Source of the DNA: a virus
IMG/VR virus record: IMGVR_UViG_3300045988_131721
Location: 1-64,000 of that record
DNA length: 64,000 nt
Reading direction: 5' to 3' (one strand)
Within the stretch, counting starts at the first letter, position 1, and each line of letters opens with the position of its first letter. Both the position numbers and the translations under genes were made by a program. This document shows positions 17,408 to 26,158 of the stretch, piece by piece. Under the pieces are notes generated by a model that saw only the letters and a list, made by a program, of their open reading frames with translations, searched no databases and was not told where the DNA came from.

Positions 17408-17445
17408 TAAAACTGTTGACAAATGATAGTGAAATATGATATAAT
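17397..17445 (+). promoter_or_regulatory. 15-mer motif plus an extended -10 sigma-A promoter
   Basis: Motif at 17397-17411, TTGACA at 17416-17421, TGaTATAAT ending at 17445. Confidence 0.75.
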
Positions 17446-17477
17446 TAATGATATAAAACATAAGGAGGTTGGTAATT

Positions 17478-17960
17478 ATGAATAAAAAATTATCAGTACT
17501 AATATTAACAGGGATGTTATCAATATCTATGATAGGATGCAAAGATGTTGAACTTGATTCTGTGCCAGAAAATACAACTCAACAAATGGATGAGGAAGCA
17601 AAAGATAAACAAAAACAACAACTGGTAGAAATAGCATATTATTTAACCGAAAATAAGGTGGATGAAATATTCTATGGAAAAGATTACGTTTATAAAATGG
17701 AAAAAGATGGTTTAGTATTAACTAACTATTTCCAATATGATGAGGTATCTAATGCTATATATACTGGTAAATGGGATAATCTGTTAGATACATTAAAAGA
17801 AACATCTAGTACCTTAAAAGAATACTTAAACGACAAAGGTTACACTAATGTTAGCTTTACAATTCAAATTTGTGACGCAAAGGATAGGGAGGGAACTTGT
17901 TATTTGATAATAAAAGATGGTGAAATTGTATTTAACATAGCAGATAACATGAATCAATAA
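17478..17960 (+). CDS. Lipoprotein
   Basis: Signal peptide with lipobox: MNKKLSVLILTGMLSISMIGC. Start moved to the ATG after SD aaggagg. Confidence 0.7.
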   Translation: MNKKLSVLILTGMLSISMIGCKDVELDSVPENTTQQMDEEAKDKQKQQLVEIAYYLTENKVDEIFYGKDYVYKMEKDGLVLTNYFQYDEVSNAIYTGKWDNLLDTLKETSSTLKEYLNDKGYTNVSFTIQICDAKDREGTCYLIIKDGEIVFNIADNMNQ

Positions 17961-17995
17961 AAGAACTAAAATGATGACAAATAATATTAATTGAT

Positions 17996-18026
17996 AGGCT
18001 AGATTTTATTCTAGTCTATTCTTTTA
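17996..18026 (+). terminator. Rho-independent terminator
   Basis: AGGCTAGA ttttat TCTAGTCT (one G-U pair) followed by attctttta. Confidence 0.6.
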
Positions 18027-18126
18027 TAGTTCAAAAAGATTTTAAAAATTATTAATAAAACCATTGACAAAATGTACCACATGATATATACTTATACATA
18101 TAAGATATAAAGGGGAGGAAAAGATA

Positions 18127-19023
18127 ATGAAAAATGTTAATAACATGGAAAAGGTTATAAATAATTATGTTAAATATCTACAAGATATTAAAAACTTATC
18201 TCCAAAATCTATTAAATCATATATTCCAGTAGTAAAGGAAATGATTAAAGATTGTAACTTTAAAACAATTGAAGATATACAAAACTCTAATGTGGTAATA
18301 TTACAAAACTGGTTGAATAGAAAAAAAAATGAAGGATTAAGCAGTCAAAGTATTAATCGACGTATTGCTAGTTGTAAGAGTTTTTATAGTTATCTATATG
18401 CATTTAGGATTATTAATTTTAATGCTAGTAAGGAATTAAAACAATTAAGAATTGAAAGTAAAGGTAAGACAGGAGATACAGGGCAAGTAGACAAAATAAG
18501 AACTTATTTAGAAAATGAATGTAAAAGAAAACCTAATTATATGAATATGAGAAATAGATTAATCGTTGAAGTCATGCTTAATTGTGCATTGAGAAATAGT
18601 GAATTAAGACAATTAAATATAGATACTATCAATCCAAATACTGGAGAATTTACAGTAATTCAAAAAGGTGGTGGCATTAAACCTTGCGTGTTATCTAGTA
18701 AAACATTACAACTATATAATGAATACATGATAGAACGTAATAGAATCCCTTCTAAGGATAATTCTCTATTCCTTAGTAGTTATAAAAGTAGAATAAGTAT
18801 TGGTGGCTTAGAAAAGCTTATACACAAGATAACAGAGGTCACAGGGTTAAAACTCAATCCCCACGATTTACGTCATATTTCAGCTACAAAATACGTGGAA
18901 GCTGGGTTTAGTTGTGATGAGGTCGCAAAACTACTAGGGCACTCAAGTAGTAATACAACCTTCAGATTTTACTACCATCAAGACATAGATAATAAAAAGA
19001 AAATGGTTGATAATGTGTGGTAA
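18127..19023 (+). CDS. Tyrosine recombinase / phage integrase family (XerC/D-like)
   Basis: N-terminal SAM-like domain. Catalytic-domain boxes ALRNSELRQL, HDLRHISAT and LLGHSSSNTTFRFYYH. Confidence 0.9.
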   Translation: MKNVNNMEKVINNYVKYLQDIKNLSPKSIKSYIPVVKEMIKDCNFKTIEDIQNSNVVILQNWLNRKKNEGLSSQSINRRIASCKSFYSYLYAFRIINFNASKELKQLRIESKGKTGDTGQVDKIRTYLENECKRKPNYMNMRNRLIVEVMLNCALRNSELRQLNIDTINPNTGEFTVIQKGGGIKPCVLSSKTLQLYNEYMIERNRIPSKDNSLFLSSYKSRISIGGLEKLIHKITEVTGLKLNPHDLRHISATKYVEAGFSCDEVAKLLGHSSSNTTFRFYYHQDIDNKKKMVDNVW

Positions 19024-19034
19024 ATAATTTGAAT

Positions 19035-19067
19035 CCATAGGTAATTTTGCATTTGTTAATGTTAATA
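19035..19067 (+). promoter_or_regulatory. Class-2 promoter-like box upstream of 19171-20373
   Basis: Reads cCATAGGTAATTTTg catttgttaat GTTAATA. Confidence 0.55.
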
Positions 19068-19170
19068 TAATGATAACAATTAATAAAGTGGATAAAGTTT
19101 TGTTGTGTCACAATTAAAAACAACGTTACTTATCCTCTTTATTAAATTATAATATAAAGGAGATGATATT

Positions 19171-20373
19171 ATGAAAGAGCAATGTAAAATAACAGTGGTG
19201 GATTGTCCACCTGGAGCTGGTAAAACTTCATACGCAATAAAATACATGAAAGAGGAGATATTTGATAGATTTATTTTTATAACTCCATTCTTAACTGAAT
19301 TAGATAGAATTGAAAAAGAATGCGATAATAGAGAATTTAAGAAACCTAATGAAAGATTAGGAAAAGGAAGTAAGAAAAATCATTTCTATGAATTATTAAA
19401 AGAAGGATATAACATTGTATCAACTCATAGTTTATTCAAAGGAATATCAAAAGAAGTTATAGATGAGATAGAAAAAGGAGAATATATTTTATTTTTGGAC
19501 GAAGTTTTCGATGTAATAGAAGACCTTCATATATCGAAATCCGACATTAGCATGTTATTAGAACATGGAACAATAGAGGTTGATAGTGAAGATAAAGTAC
19601 ATTGGATAGATTCTAATTATACAGGTAAATTTACCAGCCTAAAAAATTCATGTGAAAATGGAGATGTTTATCTATTCGAGAATACTATGATATTGTGGAC
19701 ATTCCCAGTCAATATATTTAAAGCATTTAAACATATCTATATACTAACTTATAAATTTAAATCACAAATTCAAGCGTATTATTATGATATGAATCAAGTA
19801 GAATATGAATATAAGTCAGTTACAGATATAGGAGATAGACAATATAGATTGACAAATTATAAAGAAGAAGGTGGAAACAAATATAAAGATTTAATAAATA
19901 TTTATGATGGAAAATTAAATAATATAGGAGATAAAACAACAGCGTTATCTAAATCATGGTATATGAAAGCAGATAAAAAAGAAATAATGAAGGAACTTAA
20001 AAATAATACTGAAAATTATTTCAAACACATTATAAAAGGAAAATCATCAGACAATATGTGGACTTGCTTTAAAGATTATAAAAATCAATGCAAAGGGAAC
20101 GGATATACTAAAGGATTTGTGCCTTTGAGCATAAGAGCAACGAATGATTACAGAAATAAAAAGAATTTAGCTTATTTAGTTAATATTTATAATAATCCTA
20201 TGATAAATAAATTCTTTAGAGATAAAGGTGTTATTATTAATGAAGATGATTATGCACTATCAATGGTTATACAATGGTTATTTAGAAGTACTATAAGAGA
20301 CAATAAAGAAATTAATATCTATATTCCAAGTAAAAGAATGAGAAACTTATTAATTAAATGGTTGGATAAATAA
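19171..20373 (+). CDS. P-loop NTPase with an SF2-helicase-like N-terminal domain (inverted paralog of 285-1484)
   Basis: 400 aa. Walker A CPPGAGKTS and Walker B ILFLDEVFD. Confidence 0.75.
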   Translation: MKEQCKITVVDCPPGAGKTSYAIKYMKEEIFDRFIFITPFLTELDRIEKECDNREFKKPNERLGKGSKKNHFYELLKEGYNIVSTHSLFKGISKEVIDEIEKGEYILFLDEVFDVIEDLHISKSDISMLLEHGTIEVDSEDKVHWIDSNYTGKFTSLKNSCENGDVYLFENTMILWTFPVNIFKAFKHIYILTYKFKSQIQAYYYDMNQVEYEYKSVTDIGDRQYRLTNYKEEGGNKYKDLINIYDGKLNNIGDKTTALSKSWYMKADKKEIMKELKNNTENYFKHIIKGKSSDNMWTCFKDYKNQCKGNGYTKGFVPLSIRATNDYRNKKNLAYLVNIYNNPMINKFFRDKGVIINEDDYALSMVIQWLFRSTIRDNKEINIYIPSKRMRNLLIKWLDK

Positions 20374-20507
20374 ACCTTCCAAAACTAAAATTTACCCTTT
20401 GAAATAATACGAAAAATATAGTATATTTTGAAGGGTAAAAAATCATTTTCTTATAAGAGAGATATTAAAAACAGTCAATAATTATAATTGCACTTGCAGT
20501 GGGCTAT

Positions 20508-20578
20508 TCGTCAAGAGTTTAATTCAAAACCGATTAAACTCTTTCCTCTTCTTTCTTAATTTATTCATTTCATTCATA
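20508..20578. repeat. Right inverted-repeat end (IR-R). 20537-20578 is the exact reverse complement of 1-42. Contains hairpin 20513-20543.
   Basis: See IR-L. The stem is kept in both copies (AAGAGTTTAAT/ATTAAACTCTT here, AAGAGTTAA/TTAACTCTT at left), but the loops differ. Confidence 0.9.
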
Positions 20579-20624
20579 AATACGAAAGATTAATAATAAA
20601 ATATTAATTAAAGGAGATAATAAA

Positions 20625-21212
20625 ATGAATAATGAAAAATTAATAGAATTATCAAATAAAACAAACATTATATATAGACAACATCAAGTATATGAATTAA
20701 ATAATATGTATTTCTATATATTACAAGCCAACGAAGAATACATTCAATGGAGATGTAAACATAATATTCTATGGTCTATAGAAACAAGTGAAGAGTTTTA
20801 TAATAAATTAGTTAATCCAATAGAGATTAAAATATTGAACAACAAGAAACCTAAAGAATTAAAAGGTAAAAAGAAAATAACAACAATTAATAAAGATGCA
20901 GATTATAAAGTACAAGTATTTGTTGATGACGATTATAATTTATATTATCAAGATAATCATGCATTTGCTAGTTGTGAATTAAAAATAGCAAATAATAAAG
21001 TTGAAACAGTATGGAACAGTTGTAAATGTTGGTTTAAGATAATAGGTTTATATGAACGTATAAATAATCACATAGTTGACATTTTAAGGGACTTAAATCA
21101 ACGCAGTGAATATTTATATCCTAAAAATAATGTAGCCGATAATATAGCGTTAAGTAGGTTATATGAGCAAATACTGAAAGTATATTTAGATTATATATAT
21201 AAAAATAATTAA
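20625..21212 (+). CDS. Hypothetical protein
   Basis: 195 aa. SD aaaggag. Ends ...YKNN in a motif variant. Confidence 0.65.
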   Translation: MNNEKLIELSNKTNIIYRQHQVYELNNMYFYILQANEEYIQWRCKHNILWSIETSEEFYNKLVNPIEIKILNNKKPKELKGKKKITTINKDADYKVQVFVDDDYNLYYQDNHAFASCELKIANNKVETVWNSCKCWFKIIGLYERINNHIVDILRDLNQRSEYLYPKNNVADNIALSRLYEQILKVYLDYIYKNN

Positions 21213-21233
21213 TTAATAAAGGAGATGTGATTT

Positions 21234-22034
21234 ATGAGCAATAAAGTAAAAAAATTATTTGATGAATTAATAGAAAAATATAATTTGAGAGCAATAAAAA
21301 TAGGTGATGAAACATGGTATGCAATGAATGATTTACCATTAAGTAGACAAACTTTATCAAACACAAGAAAGAAACTTGAGGATTTTAGCGTACATTCTAA
21401 ATGTACTCCGAATTTCTTAGAACAAAACACGAAATTGGTAACAAATTCAGAGGTAAAATTAAATGTAATCCGAAACTTTGACAAAGTTAATAATGCGGGT
21501 GAAATATTCGGAAACTTTACAATGATAAATTATATAATCATGAACAGTAGACTTGGTGCAGAATATAAAATAGAAATGATATATCTTTTAGATGAAATAA
21601 GAAGAAATGGATTTTATGTAGATGACAATATATCTAAAGAACAATTAGATTCACTTCAAAATAAACTTAATAAATTAAAGGATAGATTACATTATGAAAG
21701 ACGTAGAAAGGCTTATGGAGCCACTCAGATAGTTAAAAAGATAAACATAGATAATTTGTTACCAAGCACACTATTTAGATATTTAGATGAATATTTGAAT
21801 TTAGGAGATTATACAATAGTAAATAAAAATAGAAGATTTAGACCTAATGATAATTTTGTTAACAAATGTGCTGATTTAGGTGTAGCCAGAATTGGAGTAA
21901 ACAATAATATAATATTCTTTAGTGAATTTGCAGAACAAGTAAATAAAAACAAAGACATCCTTAATATATTGAAAATAATTAATAAAGAAGAATTACAAAT
22001 AAGAGAGAAGGGAATTGAAAACAGAATTAAATAA
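21234..22034 (+). CDS. Hypothetical DNA-binding/antirepressor-like protein (N-terminus paralogous to 25372-25527)
   Basis: 266 aa. Shared NKV..LFDELI.KYNLRAI. Contains an in-frame 15-mer copy at about 21970-21984 encoding KIINK. Confidence 0.6.
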   Translation: MSNKVKKLFDELIEKYNLRAIKIGDETWYAMNDLPLSRQTLSNTRKKLEDFSVHSKCTPNFLEQNTKLVTNSEVKLNVIRNFDKVNNAGEIFGNFTMINYIIMNSRLGAEYKIEMIYLLDEIRRNGFYVDDNISKEQLDSLQNKLNKLKDRLHYERRRKAYGATQIVKKINIDNLLPSTLFRYLDEYLNLGDYTIVNKNRRFRPNDNFVNKCADLGVARIGVNNNIIFFSEFAEQVNKNKDILNILKIINKEELQIREKGIENRIK

Positions 22035-22045
22035 CTATTGCTTTC

Positions 22046-22072
22046 AAGAGGTTTTATACCTCTTATTTTTTT
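22046..22072 (+). terminator. Rho-independent terminator
   Basis: AAGAGGT tttat ACCTCTT followed by attttttt. Confidence 0.8.
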
Positions 22073-22218
22073 GCTTATTTTAAAAAATAATTAATAAAAG
22101 TTGGTATATTTAAACTCCAATCTGTGTATAATATATAAAGAAAATTAATAAAGTTAGTTGTCATTAAGGATATCATATGTTATAATAAGCAAGGCAGACA
22201 ACTAAGGAAGGAGTTAAA

Positions 22219-23091
22219 ATGACTAAGATGTGTGATAAACAAATTAAAATGAATAGAATGGAAAATAAAGTGAATGATTTAATTAATGAAATAGGTGAAA
22301 AAAATATAAATGAAGAAGTAATAAAAGATTTTGCTATAAAAAATCTAAAGACAATTAATAGAAGTAGTTTCTACGATGGATTTAGAATTTTAAAAGAAGT
22401 ATTAGATACAAAGGGAATTAAATACGATTTAAAAGAAGATGAATTAATGGAAAAATGTTTATATTTTGACGAATCTAAATACTTCACAAAAACTCAAATA
22501 TTAGATATAATCAATTCACTTATAAATGCACAAGACAAATTATTAATATACATGATATTTAATAAAGTATTAGGTAAGAAATTTAAAGACCTATTAGAAA
22601 TTAAGGTTTCTGACGTAGCTGAAGATTATAGTTATATAAATGTAAATGGAAATAAAATACTATGTGATGATATAATGAAAGAGTTGGTTAAAGATACAAT
22701 AGAACAAGAAGTATATGTTAATACAACGAGAAGTAGAAATGTGCTTTATTATGATTTAAATATGCATAGTGAATATTTATTTAAGACATTATGTAATAGA
22801 TATACTAACAATGGTTTAGAACCAATGAAACGTAGTAATTTAAGTGGAAAATTAACTGTTTTAACAAAGGAATTACAACATGGAGGATTAAATGTTACCT
22901 TAACAGCTACAGGAATATACCAATCGGCTGTCATGTATGACATGTTTGTATTACAAGTATTAGATAATATTACATGGACTATACCAAATACAAAGAGCTA
23001 TCTTGATATAAATGGATACAATATGAATGCTAACGAGTTAAGTTTAAAGTATCATCGTTTATATTACGGATGTAATTCATCAAGAAACTAG
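22219..23091 (+). CDS. Hypothetical protein
   Basis: 290 aa. SD aaggaagg. No motif recognised with confidence. Confidence 0.6.
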   Translation: MTKMCDKQIKMNRMENKVNDLINEIGEKNINEEVIKDFAIKNLKTINRSSFYDGFRILKEVLDTKGIKYDLKEDELMEKCLYFDESKYFTKTQILDIINSLINAQDKLLIYMIFNKVLGKKFKDLLEIKVSDVAEDYSYINVNGNKILCDDIMKELVKDTIEQEVYVNTTRSRNVLYYDLNMHSEYLFKTLCNRYTNNGLEPMKRSNLSGKLTVLTKELQHGGLNVTLTATGIYQSAVMYDMFVLQVLDNITWTIPNTKSYLDINGYNMNANELSLKYHRLYYGCNSSRN

Positions 23092-23112
23092 AAGATTTCT
23101 CTAGTTTCTTTT
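23083..23112 (+). terminator. Rho-independent terminator overlapping the stop of 22219-23091
   Basis: AGAAACTAGA agatttc TCTAGTTTCT followed by tttatttg. Confidence 0.8.
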
Positions 23113-23118
23113 ATTTGT

Positions 23119-23150
23119 TTATAGGTAATTTTCAATACTAATTGTTAATA
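23119..23150 (+). promoter_or_regulatory. Class-2 promoter-like box (10-nt spacer variant)
   Basis: Reads TtATAGGTAATTTTc aatactaatt GTTAATA. Confidence 0.5.
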
Positions 23151-23238
23151 TATTAGTATAGGAGGTGGTTAAATTGAATGTGGATTAAAAATAATTAATA
23201 AAGTTAATAAAATAATAAATAAAATAGGAGGAGATATT

Positions 23239-24087
23239 ATGGATAAAATATTAGTAAAAGGGACTCAAAACTTTTTAGGGAAAGAAATTCCAGTGATAAC
23301 GGGAGGATTTAGTGAAGGGCAAAAGGTTGTATTAGCCAAAACAATAGCTGAAATACATGGTGTGGAATTAAGAGAAGTTAATCAATTAATAAACAATAAT
23401 ATAGATGAATTTGATTTTGGAATTGACATTTTAGATTTAAAAAACACTAAATATTTCAACATCATTACTAATGATTTAGAAATTAAGGTATCTAATAATA
23501 CTAAAAATTTTTACTTATTATCAGAGCAAGGCTATCATGCTTTAGTATCATTAATGAGAACAGATAAAGCTAAGGCAATAAGAAAACAATTAAGACGAGA
23601 GTATTTTGCTATGAGAGAAATTATAAATTCTAATGAACAATTAAAAGCTATGGCATTGTTAAAAGCAACAGAAGGTAAAACTGTAGAAGAAAGATTGAAT
23701 GGGATAGTGACGTATGCAGAGTTAAAAGTAGAAGAAGAAACGCAACCATTATTAGAAAAGATAGATGATTTAGAACCATTAGCCGATAGATATAATATAT
23801 ATCTTGATACAGACGGATTAACCGATATATCATCTTTTAGTAAAAGCTTGGGTATAAAAAAATTAGGTCGTAACAATCTTTACAAATGGATGAGAGAAAA
23901 TAAGTATTTAGATAAAGATAACAAACCGTACCAGAAGTACATAGAACAAGAATTATTTTTGCTTAAACCTAATGGAAGTCACAAAGTTAAGAATGAAGTT
24001 ATTCCAGATTTTAAGGTGTTTCTTACTAAAAAAGGAGTTGATAAATTTATTAACAAGTTTATAAAAATTGGATTACTCAAAAAATAA
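23239..24087 (+). CDS. Phage antirepressor-type protein (ORF6N-like N-domain plus KilAC/ANT-like C-domain)
   Basis: The N-terminal VVLAKTIAEIHGVELREVNQLINNNIDEF pattern and the C-terminal LGIKKLGRNNLYKWMRENKYL pattern are typical of these families. Confidence 0.65.
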   Translation: MDKILVKGTQNFLGKEIPVITGGFSEGQKVVLAKTIAEIHGVELREVNQLINNNIDEFDFGIDILDLKNTKYFNIITNDLEIKVSNNTKNFYLLSEQGYHALVSLMRTDKAKAIRKQLRREYFAMREIINSNEQLKAMALLKATEGKTVEERLNGIVTYAELKVEEETQPLLEKIDDLEPLADRYNIYLDTDGLTDISSFSKSLGIKKLGRNNLYKWMRENKYLDKDNKPYQKYIEQELFLLKPNGSHKVKNEVIPDFKVFLTKKGVDKFINKFIKIGLLKK

Positions 24088-24100
24088 TTAATAAAGTTTC

Positions 24101-24129
24101 AGAAGGTAGTTGACACCTTCTATTTTTTT
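24101..24129 (+). terminator. Rho-independent terminator
   Basis: AGAAGGT agttgac ACCTTCT followed by attttttt. Confidence 0.75.
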
Positions 24130-24190
24130 ACATAAATTTATTGACAAATATATCCAAATGTACTATTATTATATAAAAGGGGTGATAGAT

Positions 24191-24280
24191 ATGAAATATA
24201 TAATATGCATAGGTGGTATGATAGAATTGAGTATAATATTTGGATTTCTATTATTTTTATTTGATTTTAGAAATAATTAA
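24191..24280 (+). CDS. 29 aa hydrophobic peptide
   Basis: SD aaagggg. MKYIICIGGMIELSIIFGFLLFLFDFRNN, with its stop inside a 15-mer copy. Confidence 0.4.
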   Translation: MKYIICIGGMIELSIIFGFLLFLFDFRNN

Positions 24281-24347
24281 TAAAACAGTTGATAAATTAT
24301 AATAAATATCATATAATGTATATATAAGATAAAAACAAGGGGGATAA

Positions 24348-24659
24348 ATGATAAATATGATAATAGAACCTATGAACTGTGCAGGGGGAAATGTAATAGA
24401 ACAAAATAAAGAAAGAATTAGAAGAATAAAAATTAATCAACAAAGAGGTGATATTTCAATAAATAATCTATATAGTAAATATAACTACGAAGGATTTAAA
24501 GCTTTTTTATGTAACAATGTGTTATTTGAAAATATACCAGATTCAGAAGTTATTAGGATATATAATTGTATAAGCAAAGAGCAGTTTAAAGAATGGTATG
24601 AAATAAGAGGAACTAAAGGGGCATATGATTTAATAGCATATTATAAAATTTATAAATAA
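24348..24659 (+). CDS. Hypothetical protein
   Basis: 103 aa. SD aaggggg. An alternative start at 24357 is possible. Confidence 0.6.
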   Translation: MINMIIEPMNCAGGNVIEQNKERIRRIKINQQRGDISINNLYSKYNYEGFKAFLCNNVLFENIPDSEVIRIYNCISKEQFKEWYEIRGTKGAYDLIAYYKIYK

Positions 24660-24668
24660 TTAATAATG

Positions 24669-24698
24669 TTGACAAAATAGTAAGGGATATGTTATACT
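24669..24698 (+). promoter_or_regulatory. Sigma-A-type promoter directly after a 15-mer copy
   Basis: TTGACA at 24669-24674 and TGtTATACT ending at 24698. Confidence 0.65.
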
Positions 24699-24734
24699 TA
24701 ATACATAATAATAAATAAAAAGGAGTTGGTAAAT

Positions 24735-25091
24735 ATGAAGAAAGTTGATTTATTTGATTCAAATAAAAATTATATATACGAAGGGGAATTAGTGACAATA
24801 ATAGATGAACTTGCAGGATATATAGAAGAAAATGGTAAAGAGAAAATAATTTTACCATCACAAACTGAATGTTTAGGGAATAAAGTAGAAGAATTTAAAA
24901 CAGGAAAACAATATGTATTTGATAAGAGATTAATATCAAAACATCTAGGAGAATTGAGTGGATGGCAAATAGAAATAGATGGTAAACCAGTCAAAGTTGA
25001 AAATAAAAAAAATGGTTATTGTTTCAATGATAAAGGTGAAGTCTACATAGTATTTGCTTCGTGGTGTGTTTGTGTTTCAGAAGAAGATTAA
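24735..25091 (+). CDS. Hypothetical protein
   Basis: Start moved to the ATG after SD aaaggag. 118 aa. Confidence 0.65.
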   Translation: MKKVDLFDSNKNYIYEGELVTIIDELAGYIEENGKEKIILPSQTECLGNKVEEFKTGKQYVFDKRLISKHLGELSGWQIEIDGKPVKVENKKNGYCFNDKGEVYIVFASWCVCVSEED

Positions 25092-25130
25092 AATAATATA
25101 CAAAAGATAAAATAAAGGGGGAAAATTGAT

Positions 25131-25343
25131 ATGAAATTAGGGATTATAGATTTATATGAATCATATGAAGTTGTTATAGAAGATATATTAGACAGTATAA
25201 AATACACAGAAGAAAGAAATTCTAATTTTAACAGTGAATTTTTAGATGAATTTATTAATTTTTTAGAAACAAGAAAAGATTGTGTTAACAGATTGAATCA
25301 ACGTGAGAGATATTATAACAGAATGAGAAATTTAGAAAAATAA
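25131..25343 (+). CDS. Hypothetical protein
   Basis: 70 aa. SD aaaggggg. Stop in the 15-mer. Confidence 0.65.
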   Translation: MKLGIIDLYESYEVVIEDILDSIKYTEERNSNFNSEFLDEFINFLETRKDCVNRLNQRERYYNRMRNLEK

Positions 25344-25371
25344 TTAATAAATAAGAAAGGATTGAGTATAT

Positions 25372-25527
25372 GTGAATAAAGTACAAGTTTTATTTGATGA
25401 GTTAATTAAGAAATATAATTTAAGAGCGATAATAATGAATGTAAAAACTTTGAATGATTTAGCAAAAGCATTTCCAAAAATGACTTTTACAGAGTTATTT
25501 GAATTAATTAACAAATATAAAAAATAA
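25372..25527 (+). CDS. 51 aa protein paralogous to the N-terminus of 21234-22034 (GTG start)
   Basis: NKVQVLFDELIKKYNLRAI matches NKVKKLFDELIEKYNLRAI. SD aaaggattgag. The supplied antisense ORF 25344-25547 is judged spurious. Confidence 0.55.
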   Translation: MNKVQVLFDELIKKYNLRAIIMNVKTLNDLAKAFPKMTFTELFELINKYKK

Positions 25528-25540
25528 TTAATAAAACGTG

Positions 25541-25569
25541 TTGACAAATAACGGTAAATATCATATACT
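25541..25569 (+). promoter_or_regulatory. Sigma-A-type promoter after a 15-mer copy
   Basis: TTGACA at 25541-25546, 17-nt spacer, TATACT at 25564-25569. Confidence 0.65.
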
Positions 25570-25600
25570 TATAATATAAGATAAAACAGGGGAATATAAT

Positions 25601-26100
25601 ATGAATAAATATAATTGGAAAGAAGAAATTAAAAAAATAAAAAAGCAAATATTATATCATCTGAAGAAGGTTTATCTGATGTAACACCATATATTAAAAT
25701 AAATGACATTGAAATAGAAGGTATAATAAGTACACCGTTAAGTGAATATAAATTTATGGATGAATTCATAGAGTGGCTTGGAAGTAGAGGTGAAACATTC
25801 TTTGGAATAAGCAAAGAATTAAAAGAAAATTGGAATAAAAATACAATAAACTTAAAACAATTTAAAGAGGAATGTGTAGCTATTCATTGTGATACTAGAG
25901 AAAAATCATTAGATTTATTAAGTTTTTTAGATAAAAATAATATCGAATGGTCTTCTGGTAATAGATTAATTTGTGATGATGAGTATTATGTATATGGTGA
26001 AAACACTTGTTATACTTACGATGTAAATGGAATTTGCTATGGTAGTGTGTCTTGCTATAATAGATTAGATTATAAAATAATAAATTGGGAAATTGTATAA
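25601..26100 (+). CDS. Hypothetical protein needing a -1 frameshift at A_AAA_AAG (25639-25645). Paralog of 26414-26845.
   Basis: The zero-frame ORF 25601-25684 is only 27 aa. The -1 frame is open from 25633 to 26100. The N-terminus MNKYNWK and the internal FMDEFIEWLGSRGETFFGISKEL both match the single-frame paralog. Confidence 0.55.
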
Positions 26101-26158
26101 ATAATATATTAACAAATAATTTGGTTATAATATAATTATTAATATAAGGGAGGTAGAT

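Noticed and set aside
8846-19023. Classical integron (intI plus attC cassette array)
   Set aside because: The recombinase is co-oriented and sits at the distal end of the array. The cassettes carry their own promoters. The inter-cassette hairpins lack conserved R''/R' (RYYYAAC/GTTRRRY) boxes. The resemblance is architectural only and is kept as a hypothesis in the findings.
1-20578. N15-type hairpin telomere / protelomerase target or terminal inverted repeats of a linear replicon
   Set aside because: The two 42-bp cores are 20.5 kb apart and are not themselves a long perfect palindrome. No protelomerase-like gene is present in the window. Nothing marks a physical DNA end.
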